Below are positions 17,377-27,097 of a DNA stretch of 46,079 nt, piece after piece (within the stretch, counting starts at the first letter, position 1; each line of letters begins with the position of its first letter). A program made the translations under genes and the position numbers. The notes below the pieces were generated by a model that was given only the letters and a program-made list of their open reading frames with translations, was not told the origin of the DNA and searched no databases. This stretch comes from Candidatus Saccharimonadales bacterium (GTDB taxonomy: Bacteria; Patescibacteriota; Saccharimonadia; Saccharimonadales; JACDBH01): NCBI GenBank assembly GCA_041752595.1, contig JBGSWE010000002.1, forward strand, positions 1-46,079, in the 5' to 3' direction.

Positions 17377-18447
17377 ATGAAAACTAAAGTGGCAATTAAT
17401 GGTTTCGGGCGTATTGGCCGAAATGCCTTTAAAATCGCGTTTGCACGCACAGATGTAGAAATCGTAGCCGTAAATGACCTAACAGATACAAAAACTCTAG
17501 CTTATTTACTAAAGCATGATAGTAACTATGGTACTTATGAAAAAGAAGTTAGCTTTGATGACACCGGAATTATTGTCGACGGGCATCATATCAAAGTCAC
17601 TGCAGAACGTGAACCGGCTAATTTGCCATGGGGTGATTTGCATGTCGATGTCGTTATTGAATCAACTGGTCGTTTTACCGCCAAAGAAGACGCCGAGCTT
17701 CATATCAAAGCTGGTGCAAAAAGAGTTGTTATTTCTGGCCCAACCAAAAGTGACGGCGTAGATACTATTGTACTTGGTGCCAATGACGATAAGCTCGAGG
17801 GTGCTACTGAGGTTATTAGTAACGCTTCATGTACAACTAACAGCCTCGGAGCCGTAATGTCGGTACTAGATAGTAATTTTGGTATAGAAAAATCTATGCT
17901 AACTACTGTGCATAGCTATACTGCCAGCCAAGCTTTGCAGGATGCTCCAGCCAAAGATTTGCGAGAAGGCCGCAACGCTGCAGAGAATATGGTACCTACT
18001 ACAACAGGTGCAGCGATCGCAGTAACACTCACTATGCCTCAGCTTAAGGGCAAATTTGACGGTGTTAGTGTACGCGTTCCAACACCTGTTGTATCTATTA
18101 GTGACATTACCGTCTTATTTAAACGAGACGTAACTGTTGATGAAATAAACGATGCCTTCAGAAAAGCTTCAAAAGAACCATATTTCCAAGGAATCCTGGG
18201 TGTTTCTGAAGAACCACTAGTTAGCAGCGACTACATTGGCAACAGCCACTCTGGAATTGTTGACCTATTACTAACTAAAGTTGTCGACGGAAACCTGGGC
18301 AAAGTAATGGTATGGTATGACAATGAATGGGGCTACTCTAACCGACTTGTTGAAGTTGTTGCCGATACTGGTCGTTTACTACATGCAAAAGGACATCACA
18401 GTGCACACAACACCGATCATGAACATGGTCATGAACACCATGAATAA
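17377..18447 (+). CDS. gap: type I glyceraldehyde-3-phosphate dehydrogenase with His-rich tail
   Basis: INGFGRIGR, SNASCTTN, WYDNEWGY. Confidence 0.97.
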   Translation: MKTKVAINGFGRIGRNAFKIAFARTDVEIVAVNDLTDTKTLAYLLKHDSNYGTYEKEVSFDDTGIIVDGHHIKVTAEREPANLPWGDLHVDVVIESTGRFTAKEDAELHIKAGAKRVVISGPTKSDGVDTIVLGANDDKLEGATEVISNASCTTNSLGAVMSVLDSNFGIEKSMLTTVHSYTASQALQDAPAKDLREGRNAAENMVPTTTGAAIAVTLTMPQLKGKFDGVSVRVPTPVVSISDITVLFKRDVTVDEINDAFRKASKEPYFQGILGVSEEPLVSSDYIGNSHSGIVDLLLTKVVDGNLGKVMVWYDNEWGYSNRLVEVVADTGRLLHAKGHHSAHNTDHEHGHEHHE

Positions 18448-18449
18448 AT

Positions 18450-18734
18450 ATGAGCATAGAGAAAAATAAAGCTTTAAAAAGCGTTATAAAAATAATATTT
18501 GTTTTAAGTTTTATTGTTGGAATAGTTGTGGGAATTTTGATGCTAAACGATAACATACCCTATGATAGTTGTAGCGCTTGGGATGGTGGCATTCCTGGGG
18601 GTTATTGTGATGCGCCAAACTATACAACTCTTGGGACTTTCATATTTTTCTTAGCTCCAATTTCTTTGCTAGCCTTTATTGTGTCCGGTGCGGCAATTTT
18701 AATTACATCACCTAAAGGAAAGAAAAAAAACTAA
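18450..18734 (+). CDS. small two-TM protein with a Cys-flanked loop
   Basis: Two hydrophobic segments flanking CSAWDGGIPGGYC; tight operon spacing. Confidence 0.7.
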   Translation: MSIEKNKALKSVIKIIFVLSFIVGIVVGILMLNDNIPYDSCSAWDGGIPGGYCDAPNYTTLGTFIFFLAPISLLAFIVSGAAILITSPKGKKKN

Positions 18735-18736
18735 CT

Positions 18737-19189
18737 ATGAAAATATATATAGGGGCCGATCATGGTGGCTTTCATCTTAAGGAAGAAGTAGAAAACTACT
18801 TAAGAGGTAATGGCTACGAAGTTGTAGACGAAGGCAATACAGTGATGGATACAGAAGATGATTATCCTCAGTTTGCAGCCAAGGTTGCAACTTCTGTTTT
18901 ATCTTCAGATGATCATGAAGCAAAGGGCATTATTGTATGTACTGGAGCTCAGGGGGTGGCAATAGCAGCCAATCGATATAAAGGCATACGCGCATCAGTG
19001 GTTTGGGATGCACACGAGGCGCGAATGACCAGAAATGACAACGATAGTAATGTTCTTTGTTTGTCTGGTCGCCTCATGCAAGATAACCCTACTCTTTGGC
19101 AAGGAGTTATAGAAACTTGGCTGAACACACCCTTTAGTCGTGCAGCTAGACACCGACGACGTGTCCAAGAACTCGATAATCTCAATTAA
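18737..19189 (+). CDS. rpiB: ribose-5-phosphate isomerase B
   Basis: GADHGG, DYP, catalytic Cys, AANR, NDSNVL, RHRRR. Confidence 0.93.
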   Translation: MKIYIGADHGGFHLKEEVENYLRGNGYEVVDEGNTVMDTEDDYPQFAAKVATSVLSSDDHEAKGIIVCTGAQGVAIAANRYKGIRASVVWDAHEARMTRNDNDSNVLCLSGRLMQDNPTLWQGVIETWLNTPFSRAARHRRRVQELDNLN

Positions 19190-19287
19190 GTAGTAGATTT
19201 TAATAGGTATATATTATAACTACATCATACTTATTAAGTAATGTCAATATTTACCCCTGTTAACTTTACGGTTATGCTTGTAGTTAC

Positions 19288-19914
19288 ATGGCTGTAATTT
19301 GTCCAACGGTTATGGGGAAGAATTCGCGGGAGTACCGCGCGGCTATTGAGCGTGTTAGTAATTTTTCAGAGCGAATTCATATTGACTTTGCAGATGGCAA
19401 GCTTGCACCAACAAAGCTAATTTCTATTAGTGACGCCTGGTGGCCGGTAGGGCTCATGGTAGATTTTCATATCATGTACCAGAACCCATTTGAATTTATT
19501 GACGATATTATAGCCCAACAACCAAGTTTGGTAATTATTCATGCCGAAGCAGAAGGAGTAGAAAAGTTTTTAGACGAGCTAGACGGGCTTGGTATTAAAA
19601 GAGGCGTAGCATTATTAAAACAGACCCCGGTAGAGTCTATTAATAAACTGTTAAACAAATTAGACCACGTTCTAATATTTAGTGGTGATTTGGGCTATTA
19701 CGGTGGCATTGTCGATTTTGAATTATTAGAAAAAGTTAAATTATTAAAAAAGCTTAAACCAGATATTGAAATCGGCTGGGACGGTGGCGTCAAAGACGTT
19801 AATGCCTCTAAGCTGGTTGAAGCTGGCGTGGATGTACTAAACGTAGGTGGATTTATCCAAAATTCCTCTGATCCTGAAGCCGCTTATGATACACTTAATG
19901 TGGTAATTAAATAA
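19288..19914 (+). CDS. rpe: ribulose-phosphate 3-epimerase
   Basis: HIDFADG, DFHIM, HAE, DGGV. Confidence 0.88.
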   Translation: MAVICPTVMGKNSREYRAAIERVSNFSERIHIDFADGKLAPTKLISISDAWWPVGLMVDFHIMYQNPFEFIDDIIAQQPSLVIIHAEAEGVEKFLDELDGLGIKRGVALLKQTPVESINKLLNKLDHVLIFSGDLGYYGGIVDFELLEKVKLLKKLKPDIEIGWDGGVKDVNASKLVEAGVDVLNVGGFIQNSSDPEAAYDTLNVVIK

Positions 19915-19923
19915 AATAAAAAA

Positions 19924-20775
19924 ATGACATTATACGAACTAGAATTACAAGCCAATCTGATAAGGCAAGACATAATTAAAATGTTAGAACATGCTGGTTC
20001 TGGGCATTCCGCAGGTCCATTGGGACTTGCGGACATTCTTACTGCACTTTATTTTGAAGTAATGCAACTCGATCCCAATAATCCAACCTGGGATAAGCGT
20101 GACATATTTCTGCTTAGTAACGGCCACTGCGTGCCAGTACAGTATGCGACCATGGCAAATCGAGGCTATTTTAAACACGCAGAGTTAATGACACTTCGCA
20201 AACTTGGTTCGCGCCTGCAGGGACACCCAGAACGAACAAAATTACCTGGACTCGAAAACACTAGTGGTCCCTTAGGTTGTGGCTTGTCACAGGCCTGTGG
20301 CATGGCACTTGCGATGCGCATGAATAAAGAGCACCACCGTTGGGTTTATGTGGTCATGGGTGACGGTGAGTTAAACGAAGGCAATATCTGGGAAGCCGCA
20401 ATGCTTGCGAACAAGTACAAACTCAATAATATTATTGGTATAATTGACCGCAATAACATTCAGATTGATGGTCCAACCGAAACTGTAATGCCACTAGAAG
20501 ACCTGAAGGCCAAGTGGGAAGCATTCGGCTGGCATGTTATTGATGTTGACGGCAATAATATAGAAGACGTTATAGACGCCTGTGCGATGGCTAGAGCGAT
20601 TATCGAAAAACCAGTTATGCTGATCGCGCATACCATACCAGGCAAAGGTGTAGATTTTATGGAATATGATTTTCGTTGGCACGGCGCATCACCTAATCAC
20701 GACCAAGCCCAAGAAGCCTTAAAAGACCTGAGAACCCTAAAGGGCAAGATTAAAAGCGAGGCAGATCATGCCTGA
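19924..20775 (+). CDS. transketolase, N-terminal subunit
   Basis: SGH, LSNGH, LQGHP, GDGELNEG..WEA (TPP motif), TIPGKG. Confidence 0.95.
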   Translation: MTLYELELQANLIRQDIIKMLEHAGSGHSAGPLGLADILTALYFEVMQLDPNNPTWDKRDIFLLSNGHCVPVQYATMANRGYFKHAELMTLRKLGSRLQGHPERTKLPGLENTSGPLGCGLSQACGMALAMRMNKEHHRWVYVVMGDGELNEGNIWEAAMLANKYKLNNIIGIIDRNNIQIDGPTETVMPLEDLKAKWEAFGWHVIDVDGNNIEDVIDACAMARAIIEKPVMLIAHTIPGKGVDFMEYDFRWHGASPNHDQAQEALKDLRTLKGKIKSEADHA

Positions 20776-21742
20776 AATGCATCTAGTTGATTTGAACGGT
20801 GAACTGGCAGCTGAGCCGATTCGTAAAGGTTTTGGGCGAGGCCTCAAAATTGCTGGCGAACAAAATGAACATGTTGTGGCTGCTTGCGCAGATTTAACAG
20901 ACTCAACTCAAATGAGCTTATTCAAAGAAGCATATCCTGATAGATTTGTAGAAATCGGTGTAGCCGAGCAAAATCTTGTAACTGTTGGTTCTGGCTTAGC
21001 AGCAATGGGTAAGATTCCATTTGTTAGCTCATATGCGGCCTTTAGCCCTGGACGCAACTGGGAACAAATCCGTACTACAATTTGTTTGAATGAACAGCCT
21101 GTAAAAATTGTTGGCTCGCACGCTGGCATATCGGTAGGTCCAGACGGCGCAACCCATCAAATGCTAGAAGATATTGCCCTCATGCGAGCTTTGCCAAACA
21201 TGGTGGTGTTAGCACCGGGTGACAGTTTAGAAGCTGAGAAAATGACAATTGCTATGGCTAAAAATGAGCACCCAAACTATATGCGTTTAGCTAGAGAAGC
21301 AACGCCAATTTTTACTACACCTGAAACACCGTTTGAAATTGGAAAAGCATATATTCTCCGCGAGGGAGCGGATGTAACTATAGTTGCCACTGGAACTATG
21401 ACCTATCAAGCGCTCATGGCAGCCGAGAAACTCGCTAAAGACGGTATACAGGCAGAAGTTGTTCATTGTCCAACTATTAAGCCACTAGATAGTGAAACAA
21501 TTATCAGGAGTGCACAAAAAACACGCGCAGTTGTAACGGCCGAAGAAGCCCAGATTACTGGTGGACTTGGTGGAGCAGTTGCAGAAATATTATCTGAACA
21601 ATTGCCAACTGTCATGCAAAGAGTTGGAGTACAGGATAGATTTGGCGAATCTGGAACACCTGATGAATTACTAGAAAAATTTGGACTTACTGCTAAACAT
21701 ATTGCAATGGCGTCTCACCACATCATTGATAAAAAAGGCTAG
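20768..21742 (+). CDS. transketolase, C-terminal subunit
   Basis: GVAEQN, GPDGATHQ, IKPLD, DRFGESG. Confidence 0.95.
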   Translation: MPEMHLVDLNGELAAEPIRKGFGRGLKIAGEQNEHVVAACADLTDSTQMSLFKEAYPDRFVEIGVAEQNLVTVGSGLAAMGKIPFVSSYAAFSPGRNWEQIRTTICLNEQPVKIVGSHAGISVGPDGATHQMLEDIALMRALPNMVVLAPGDSLEAEKMTIAMAKNEHPNYMRLAREATPIFTTPETPFEIGKAYILREGADVTIVATGTMTYQALMAAEKLAKDGIQAEVVHCPTIKPLDSETIIRSAQKTRAVVTAEEAQITGGLGGAVAEILSEQLPTVMQRVGVQDRFGESGTPDELLEKFGLTAKHIAMASHHIIDKKG

Positions 21743-21751
21743 GAACTAAAC

Positions 21752-22651
21752 ATGCAAATATCCTGGCAAGTATTCATAATGCTGCATGCGCTTTTTTCGG
21801 CCTTGCAAGCTTTACAATTCCGGGCTATTGCAAGAGACAAAAAATTGCGTCGAGCCGGGTTAGCGATAAACGCCATAGCTTTTAGTACGCTGTATGTTTG
21901 TGGACTAATAATACTTCCATTAATTGGTGGAGTTAGTTTTAGTAACTTCACGGCTATCTGGCCATTATTTTTAGCATCTTCAGCGTTATTTGTTTTTGCG
22001 CTTTATCTTATGTATAAGGCATTTACACATTTAGAGAGCGCAACGGCCACAGTGCTAGGTACATCATCGGCGCTATTTACTATTATTATTGCGGGTGTAT
22101 TTTATGATGAACGACTCAGTACTACACAGGTACTTGGTATCGCTATAGTCTTACCATGTATTTGGTATGTATTATTACTTGCTAAACGAAGTCATAAGTT
22201 AATTGACTTCAAGGATCATAACTGGCTACATGGTTTTTGGTTTATGATTGCATCTAGCTTGTGTCTAGCATTTGCACATGTGATTGAAAAGGACATATTA
22301 AGTCAGGTAGAAGTGGGTACGTATATTGCTTTTGGCTGGTTGTTGCAAGTTGGCTTTGCGTGGCTATTTTACTTTGTTTTTGGAAGGCACGCAAAAAAGA
22401 TTTTTGCTAAACAAAAGACAGTTCGTAGCGCAATGCAGCTCGGAGCAGTTCGTGCAGCGACTGGCTTTTTTTTCATATTAGCACTAGATATAAGCAATAA
22501 TGTGTCCCTTGTTACTGTAATTGCAAACTTTAGGATTGTGATTGTTGCGATACTTGCCGGAGTGCTACTAGGTGAACGTAGATTTTATTACAAAAAGATC
22601 GCAGCATCAGCGATATCTGTGATTGGGTTAAGTATTATATTTTGGAATTAA
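21752..22651 (+). CDS. DMT/EamA family transporter
   Basis: About 10 TM segments in two repeats ending YDER / LGER. Confidence 0.8.
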   Translation: MQISWQVFIMLHALFSALQALQFRAIARDKKLRRAGLAINAIAFSTLYVCGLIILPLIGGVSFSNFTAIWPLFLASSALFVFALYLMYKAFTHLESATATVLGTSSALFTIIIAGVFYDERLSTTQVLGIAIVLPCIWYVLLLAKRSHKLIDFKDHNWLHGFWFMIASSLCLAFAHVIEKDILSQVEVGTYIAFGWLLQVGFAWLFYFVFGRHAKKIFAKQKTVRSAMQLGAVRAATGFFFILALDISNNVSLVTVIANFRIVIVAILAGVLLGERRFYYKKIAASAISVIGLSIIFWN

Positions 22652-22700
22652 AATGATATGATAAACATAAGCGAAATAATAATCATAAACAAGGATTAAA

Positions 22701-23666
22701 ATGTCACAATCAATTAAGAAAATTAGGTCCAATACACTAAAAGCTAGAGAGTTAATGGCTCGAAGTCGGAGTGAGGGGTTTGCGGTAGGTGCATTTAATA
22801 TCGACAACCAAGAAACTCTAATTGCAATCGCCAGAGCAGCAGCCAAGAAAAGTTCACCCGTAATGATACAGCTAAGCAAGGGCGAGATAGATGCAATTGG
22901 TTACGACAATGCAAGATGCATGGTAGATAATTATTGTTCTGAGTTCGGTGCAGAAATGTATCTTAATCTTGACCATTCACCATCAGTAGAAGATGCCATA
23001 AAAGGTATAGATGCTGGATTTGAATTTATACATATTGATATTTCTCAAGCAAAAAAAGATGCTTCAGTCGATGAAATTATTGAAGGCACCAAGAAGGTCG
23101 TCGAGTACGCTAAATTTACTGGAGCACTAGTAGAGAGTGAACCTCATTATTTTGGTGGTGGATCAAATGTGTTTGAAGAGGCATTTGACTACGAAGAGAT
23201 CAAAAAAACCTTTAGTACACCAGAAGGTGCAAAAGCATTTGTTGATGCAACCGGAATAGATACATTTGCAGCCGCTGTTGGTAATTTACACGGCAGCTAT
23301 CCCGTTCCTAAACAGCTTGATCTGGATTTGCTAAGACAAGTCCGCGATGCAATTTCTTGCCAGATATCTCTACATGGTGGAAGTGGAACTCCTGGACACT
23401 TCTTCGAAGAAGCTGCAAAGATCGGCGTAAGTAAAGTTAATATTAATTCAGATATGCGTAGAGTTTTTAGAGATACCTTAGTTAAGGTTCTACAAGACAA
23501 CCCAGAAGAATACGCCGTTGTTAAGCTTATGGGAACAGTCGTAGACGCAGTTCAAGTAGTTGTAGAAGAGAAAATAGATATGTTTGGATCTGCAGGCAAA
23601 GCAAAACTTGTTTCGCGTTACGTCGGAAATGAAAACAAAGTTGTTGATCAAGAAGATTTCAACTAA
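22701..23666 (+). CDS. fba: class II fructose-bisphosphate aldolase
   Basis: AVGAFN, LDH, GNLHG, LHGGSG, KVNI. Confidence 0.92.
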   Translation: MSQSIKKIRSNTLKARELMARSRSEGFAVGAFNIDNQETLIAIARAAAKKSSPVMIQLSKGEIDAIGYDNARCMVDNYCSEFGAEMYLNLDHSPSVEDAIKGIDAGFEFIHIDISQAKKDASVDEIIEGTKKVVEYAKFTGALVESEPHYFGGGSNVFEEAFDYEEIKKTFSTPEGAKAFVDATGIDTFAAAVGNLHGSYPVPKQLDLDLLRQVRDAISCQISLHGGSGTPGHFFEEAAKIGVSKVNINSDMRRVFRDTLVKVLQDNPEEYAVVKLMGTVVDAVQVVVEEKIDMFGSAGKAKLVSRYVGNENKVVDQEDFN

Positions 23667-23730
23667 AAATAAGTTTACAAATAATAACAAAATAAGTTAA
23701 AGTAAACATAAGTAGTATAAAGGGGTGGGG

Positions 23731-24738
23731 ATGAGTAATCAAAAGGTTGATGTTCTAAGTGTGGGAGACGTCGTTTCAGACGCATTTATTAGGTTATTTG
23801 ATGAACAGGCACACACTTATGAAAATGAGCATGGTAAATGGATTGCTATGCAGTATGGAACAAAGCTTCCTTTTAAAGAAGCCGTCATAATAGAGGGAGT
23901 CGGTAACGCTGCTAATGCAGCAGTTTCGTTAACTCGATTAGGTTTATCATGTGGGTTTGTTACAAATGTCGGAGAAGATAAATACGGCAGAGGTATAATT
24001 GCTGCTTTGCAAGCAAGCAAAGTCGATACACGTTGGGTAACTGTTAATCCTGGCAAAGTCAGCAACTATCACTATGTTTTATGGTACAAAGAAGAACGAA
24101 CAATCTTAATTAATCACGAAAAATACGAATATTCATGGCCAAACATTCGTAAAAAAGATGCACCAAAATGGATATATTTTAGTTCTATAGCTGAGAACTC
24201 ATTAGAATTTCACGACGATATGGCGGAATGGCTAGAAGAAAATCCTGAAACACAATTTGCATTTCAACCAGGTACCTTCCAGATGAAATTCGGAGCTGAA
24301 AGACTAGCAAGACTATACAAAGAAGCCGATATTCTGGTTCTTAACAAAGAGGAAGCTGCGCTAGTTGGCGGTGGAGACGTTAACAGCGTACATGATCTAT
24401 TTGATAAACTACACGGTTTAGGGCCAAAAATTGTATGTATAACAGACGGCCCTAACGGAGCGTATGCAAGTAGTGAACAGGGTAGACTGTTTATGCCGAT
24501 ATATCCAGATCCAGCACCACCATTTGAAAGAACTGGAGCGGGTGATGCATTTGCCTCTACTTTCACAGCGGCTCTTATGAAGGGTAATTCAATTGAAGAT
24601 GCACTTAAATGGGCTCCTATTAACTCTATGAACGTTGTCCAACATGTTGGCGCTCAGGAAGGATTACTCTCAGAATCTGAACTTCAGGAACTGCTTAATA
24701 ATGCACCAGAGTGGTACCATCCAACTCCAATGGAATAG
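23731..24738 (+). CDS. PfkB family carbohydrate kinase
   Basis: GNAANAA, VGED.YG, NKEEA, TGAGDAF. Confidence 0.9.
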   Translation: MSNQKVDVLSVGDVVSDAFIRLFDEQAHTYENEHGKWIAMQYGTKLPFKEAVIIEGVGNAANAAVSLTRLGLSCGFVTNVGEDKYGRGIIAALQASKVDTRWVTVNPGKVSNYHYVLWYKEERTILINHEKYEYSWPNIRKKDAPKWIYFSSIAENSLEFHDDMAEWLEENPETQFAFQPGTFQMKFGAERLARLYKEADILVLNKEEAALVGGGDVNSVHDLFDKLHGLGPKIVCITDGPNGAYASSEQGRLFMPIYPDPAPPFERTGAGDAFASTFTAALMKGNSIEDALKWAPINSMNVVQHVGAQEGLLSESELQELLNNAPEWYHPTPME

Positions 24739-24768
24739 TCGGGCTAGTTGTTAAATACAGTTATTAAT

Positions 24769-25488
24769 TTAATTTGTATCTGCTGATGGCATATTGAAAA
24801 CCGAGGTATTTTCCCTATATGACTCTACGATTCTAATTACTTCATTCAGATCATCAGTTACTACGTATAGTTCTTCGTCACCATGGCTAATAACTGCATA
24901 ATCATTTAGCATGCTTGTTTTAATAAAGTTATCAAGCGGTGTCCAGAATTCTTTGCCGATTAAAATCACAGGTACCTTCGGCATTTTTTCGGTTTGAATC
25001 AAAGTGATAACCTCAAATGTTTCGTCTAGTGTACCAAACCCACCCGGGAAACAAATAAGCGCACTTGCAGCATAGGCAAGCATTACCTTGCGACTAAAAA
25101 AGTAACGAAATGGCATTGATTCAGTCAGGTAGGGATTAAGTTGCTGCTCGTGTGGCAGCTGAATATTAAATCCCACAGTATGACCACCCGCCTCAAACGC
25201 ACCTCGATTAGCGGCTTCCATAATACCTTCACCGCCACCAGTTATTATCGTAAAACCGTTTTTTGCTAACATTCCACCAAGCTGACGTGCCTTTTGGTAG
25301 CTTGGATTATCTTCTAAAAAACGTGCCGAACCAAAAACTGTTACTGTATGGTTATATTTGTTGACCATTTCAAAACCAGCTCTAAATTCTTTTTCTATTC
25401 TATCTACACGTTCACTTGTTTCGTGATCAACTAGCTGTACTATAGCGTCTCGGTGAGGTGTTATGGCACTATATTTATTATCTGACAT
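24769..25488 (-). CDS. LOG family protein (TIGR00730-like)
   Basis: VFGSAR, TGGGEGIMEA, PGGFGTLDE; start MSDNK 9 nt after TATACT. Confidence 0.9.
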   Translation of the reverse strand: MSDNKYSAITPHRDAIVQLVDHETSERVDRIEKEFRAGFEMVNKYNHTVTVFGSARFLEDNPSYQKARQLGGMLAKNGFTIITGGGEGIMEAANRGAFEAGGHTVGFNIQLPHEQQLNPYLTESMPFRYFFSRKVMLAYAASALICFPGGFGTLDETFEVITLIQTEKMPKVPVILIGKEFWTPLDNFIKTSMLNDYAVISHGDEELYVVTDDLNEVIRIVESYRENTSVFNMPSADTN

Positions 25489-25598
25489 ATATATACAAGT
25501 ATAACACTCATGCTTTGAAGTCATTAGTAGATAAAAAAACAACGTTATTGGCCAACAAATCTGTTATGCTTAATACGAATGTAATCTGAGGTAAATAG

Positions 25599-26837
25599 GT
25601 GGGTAACTTACTTTCACAACTTTTGGAGGCTGATGAGCCGCTGTTTAGTTTGAGCATAAAGCAGCTTGAACAAGCTACTGGTCATACGGGAATGGACGTT
25701 AGATTAATTAGCGAGATTTTGCAAAAAACAAAAGCTACTGCGAAAGCATTAAAACTTGATCCAAAGGACACAACCGGCGAAGAGCTTTATCAGGCATTGC
25801 TACAAAAAATTAGTGTCCACGACAAGCATCTTGTTAAACATATTGGTGGAAATGAACCCGATGATGTTCAAGCATTAATTCCTCTAATTAAAAAGGCAGT
25901 AGATAAAGCTAAGTTACCAAAATCTGCCTGGGTATTGAAGCGTAGTGTTGCTAAGCGAATGCTACACGATAATCCACCCATTAATATCATGAAGCATCTA
26001 GGTTATACGTCTATAGATTCAATGACAAAACGCGAGAATCTATTTGAAATTTATGGAGCATTAAGATTTGCAGAATCTAATGCCTGGTTAAAAAAGTTTA
26101 ATAAAAGCTACAAAAACCTCCATCCGTCAGATTTTGAGTCAAGAGACATAGAAATTGTAATTATGGATAAACTCAGATGGGGCGATATAGCTGAAGATTT
26201 TGTAAAGAAAAAGCGCCACAACATAACGCATTTGAAAGAGCTAGGCGTAATTCTTATGTTGCCCACAAAGATTGAAAAGCTTCATGGTATCGCAATTACA
26301 GCGCTTCCATTACTACTTCATTATTTAAACGAAATAAGACTATACAGCGCATTCTTTAAATTACAGCAGGTTAAGTCTAACTTCGGTAAAATAGTTGCAG
26401 AAACTCTTAATGCAGATATAAAATCAACGGCAGTAATGGCCGGAAGCCATGTGCACTGGCGCGTAATTCAGCGCTACTACGGAAAATTAGAAAACGAAAA
26501 ACATCCAGAAATATTTGAACCACATGTTCAGCCAGAGGATTTGCATTGGCGTAGAGCCGAAGAACAATTGTTTCAGATAGATCCAGAATTAGGATTTTGG
26601 AGAGACCTAGATTACGTAGGGGTAATGGCTGGCAATAGACCTGTTAGTTTAAATCTTATGGACATAAGTATGGCTTATTGCACAGGAGCTAACTACCAGC
26701 AGCGAGTAATATTTCATATGCGCGAAAGTTTGTGGAATGAAATATTTATGCGTTATATGGGTCATGAAGTATTAGAATCTCAGATTCTGCAGCAGCTGGA
26801 TAACAATATGATTAAACCCGAAAAACTCAAGCTCTAA
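25599..26837 (+). CDS. hypothetical protein (412 aa)
   Basis: Long ORF with a GAGGT SD; no recognised domain. Confidence 0.8.
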   Translation: MGNLLSQLLEADEPLFSLSIKQLEQATGHTGMDVRLISEILQKTKATAKALKLDPKDTTGEELYQALLQKISVHDKHLVKHIGGNEPDDVQALIPLIKKAVDKAKLPKSAWVLKRSVAKRMLHDNPPINIMKHLGYTSIDSMTKRENLFEIYGALRFAESNAWLKKFNKSYKNLHPSDFESRDIEIVIMDKLRWGDIAEDFVKKKRHNITHLKELGVILMLPTKIEKLHGIAITALPLLLHYLNEIRLYSAFFKLQQVKSNFGKIVAETLNADIKSTAVMAGSHVHWRVIQRYYGKLENEKHPEIFEPHVQPEDLHWRRAEEQLFQIDPELGFWRDLDYVGVMAGNRPVSLNLMDISMAYCTGANYQQRVIFHMRESLWNEIFMRYMGHEVLESQILQQLDNNMIKPEKLKL

Positions 26838-27080
26838 ATGAAACAATTTGCAGGAGTACTAAGTAAGCGAAAAACTGCATTTTTAATTGTTTTCTTTTTA
26901 TTCATACTTGGGGCTGGTATTTATGCATGGCAAGTAAACATGAGTAATCGGGAAAAGCTCCAGTCAATAGATAGTTTTGAAGAATGTGCAGCAACTGGCG
27001 TACCGATTAGAGAAATTTACCCAGAACAATGTGTTATAAATGGTAAAACATTTACTAATCCAGCTCAGTCCATACAATAA
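26838..27080 (+). CDS. small membrane-anchored protein with a two-Cys motif
   Basis: TM then SFEEC..G.PI.E.YPEQC..NGKTF, a motif I recall from CPR proteins. Confidence 0.75.
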   Translation: MKQFAGVLSKRKTAFLIVFFLFILGAGIYAWQVNMSNREKLQSIDSFEECAATGVPIREIYPEQCVINGKTFTNPAQSIQ

Positions 27081-27097
27081 CTTGTTACAATGTAGTA

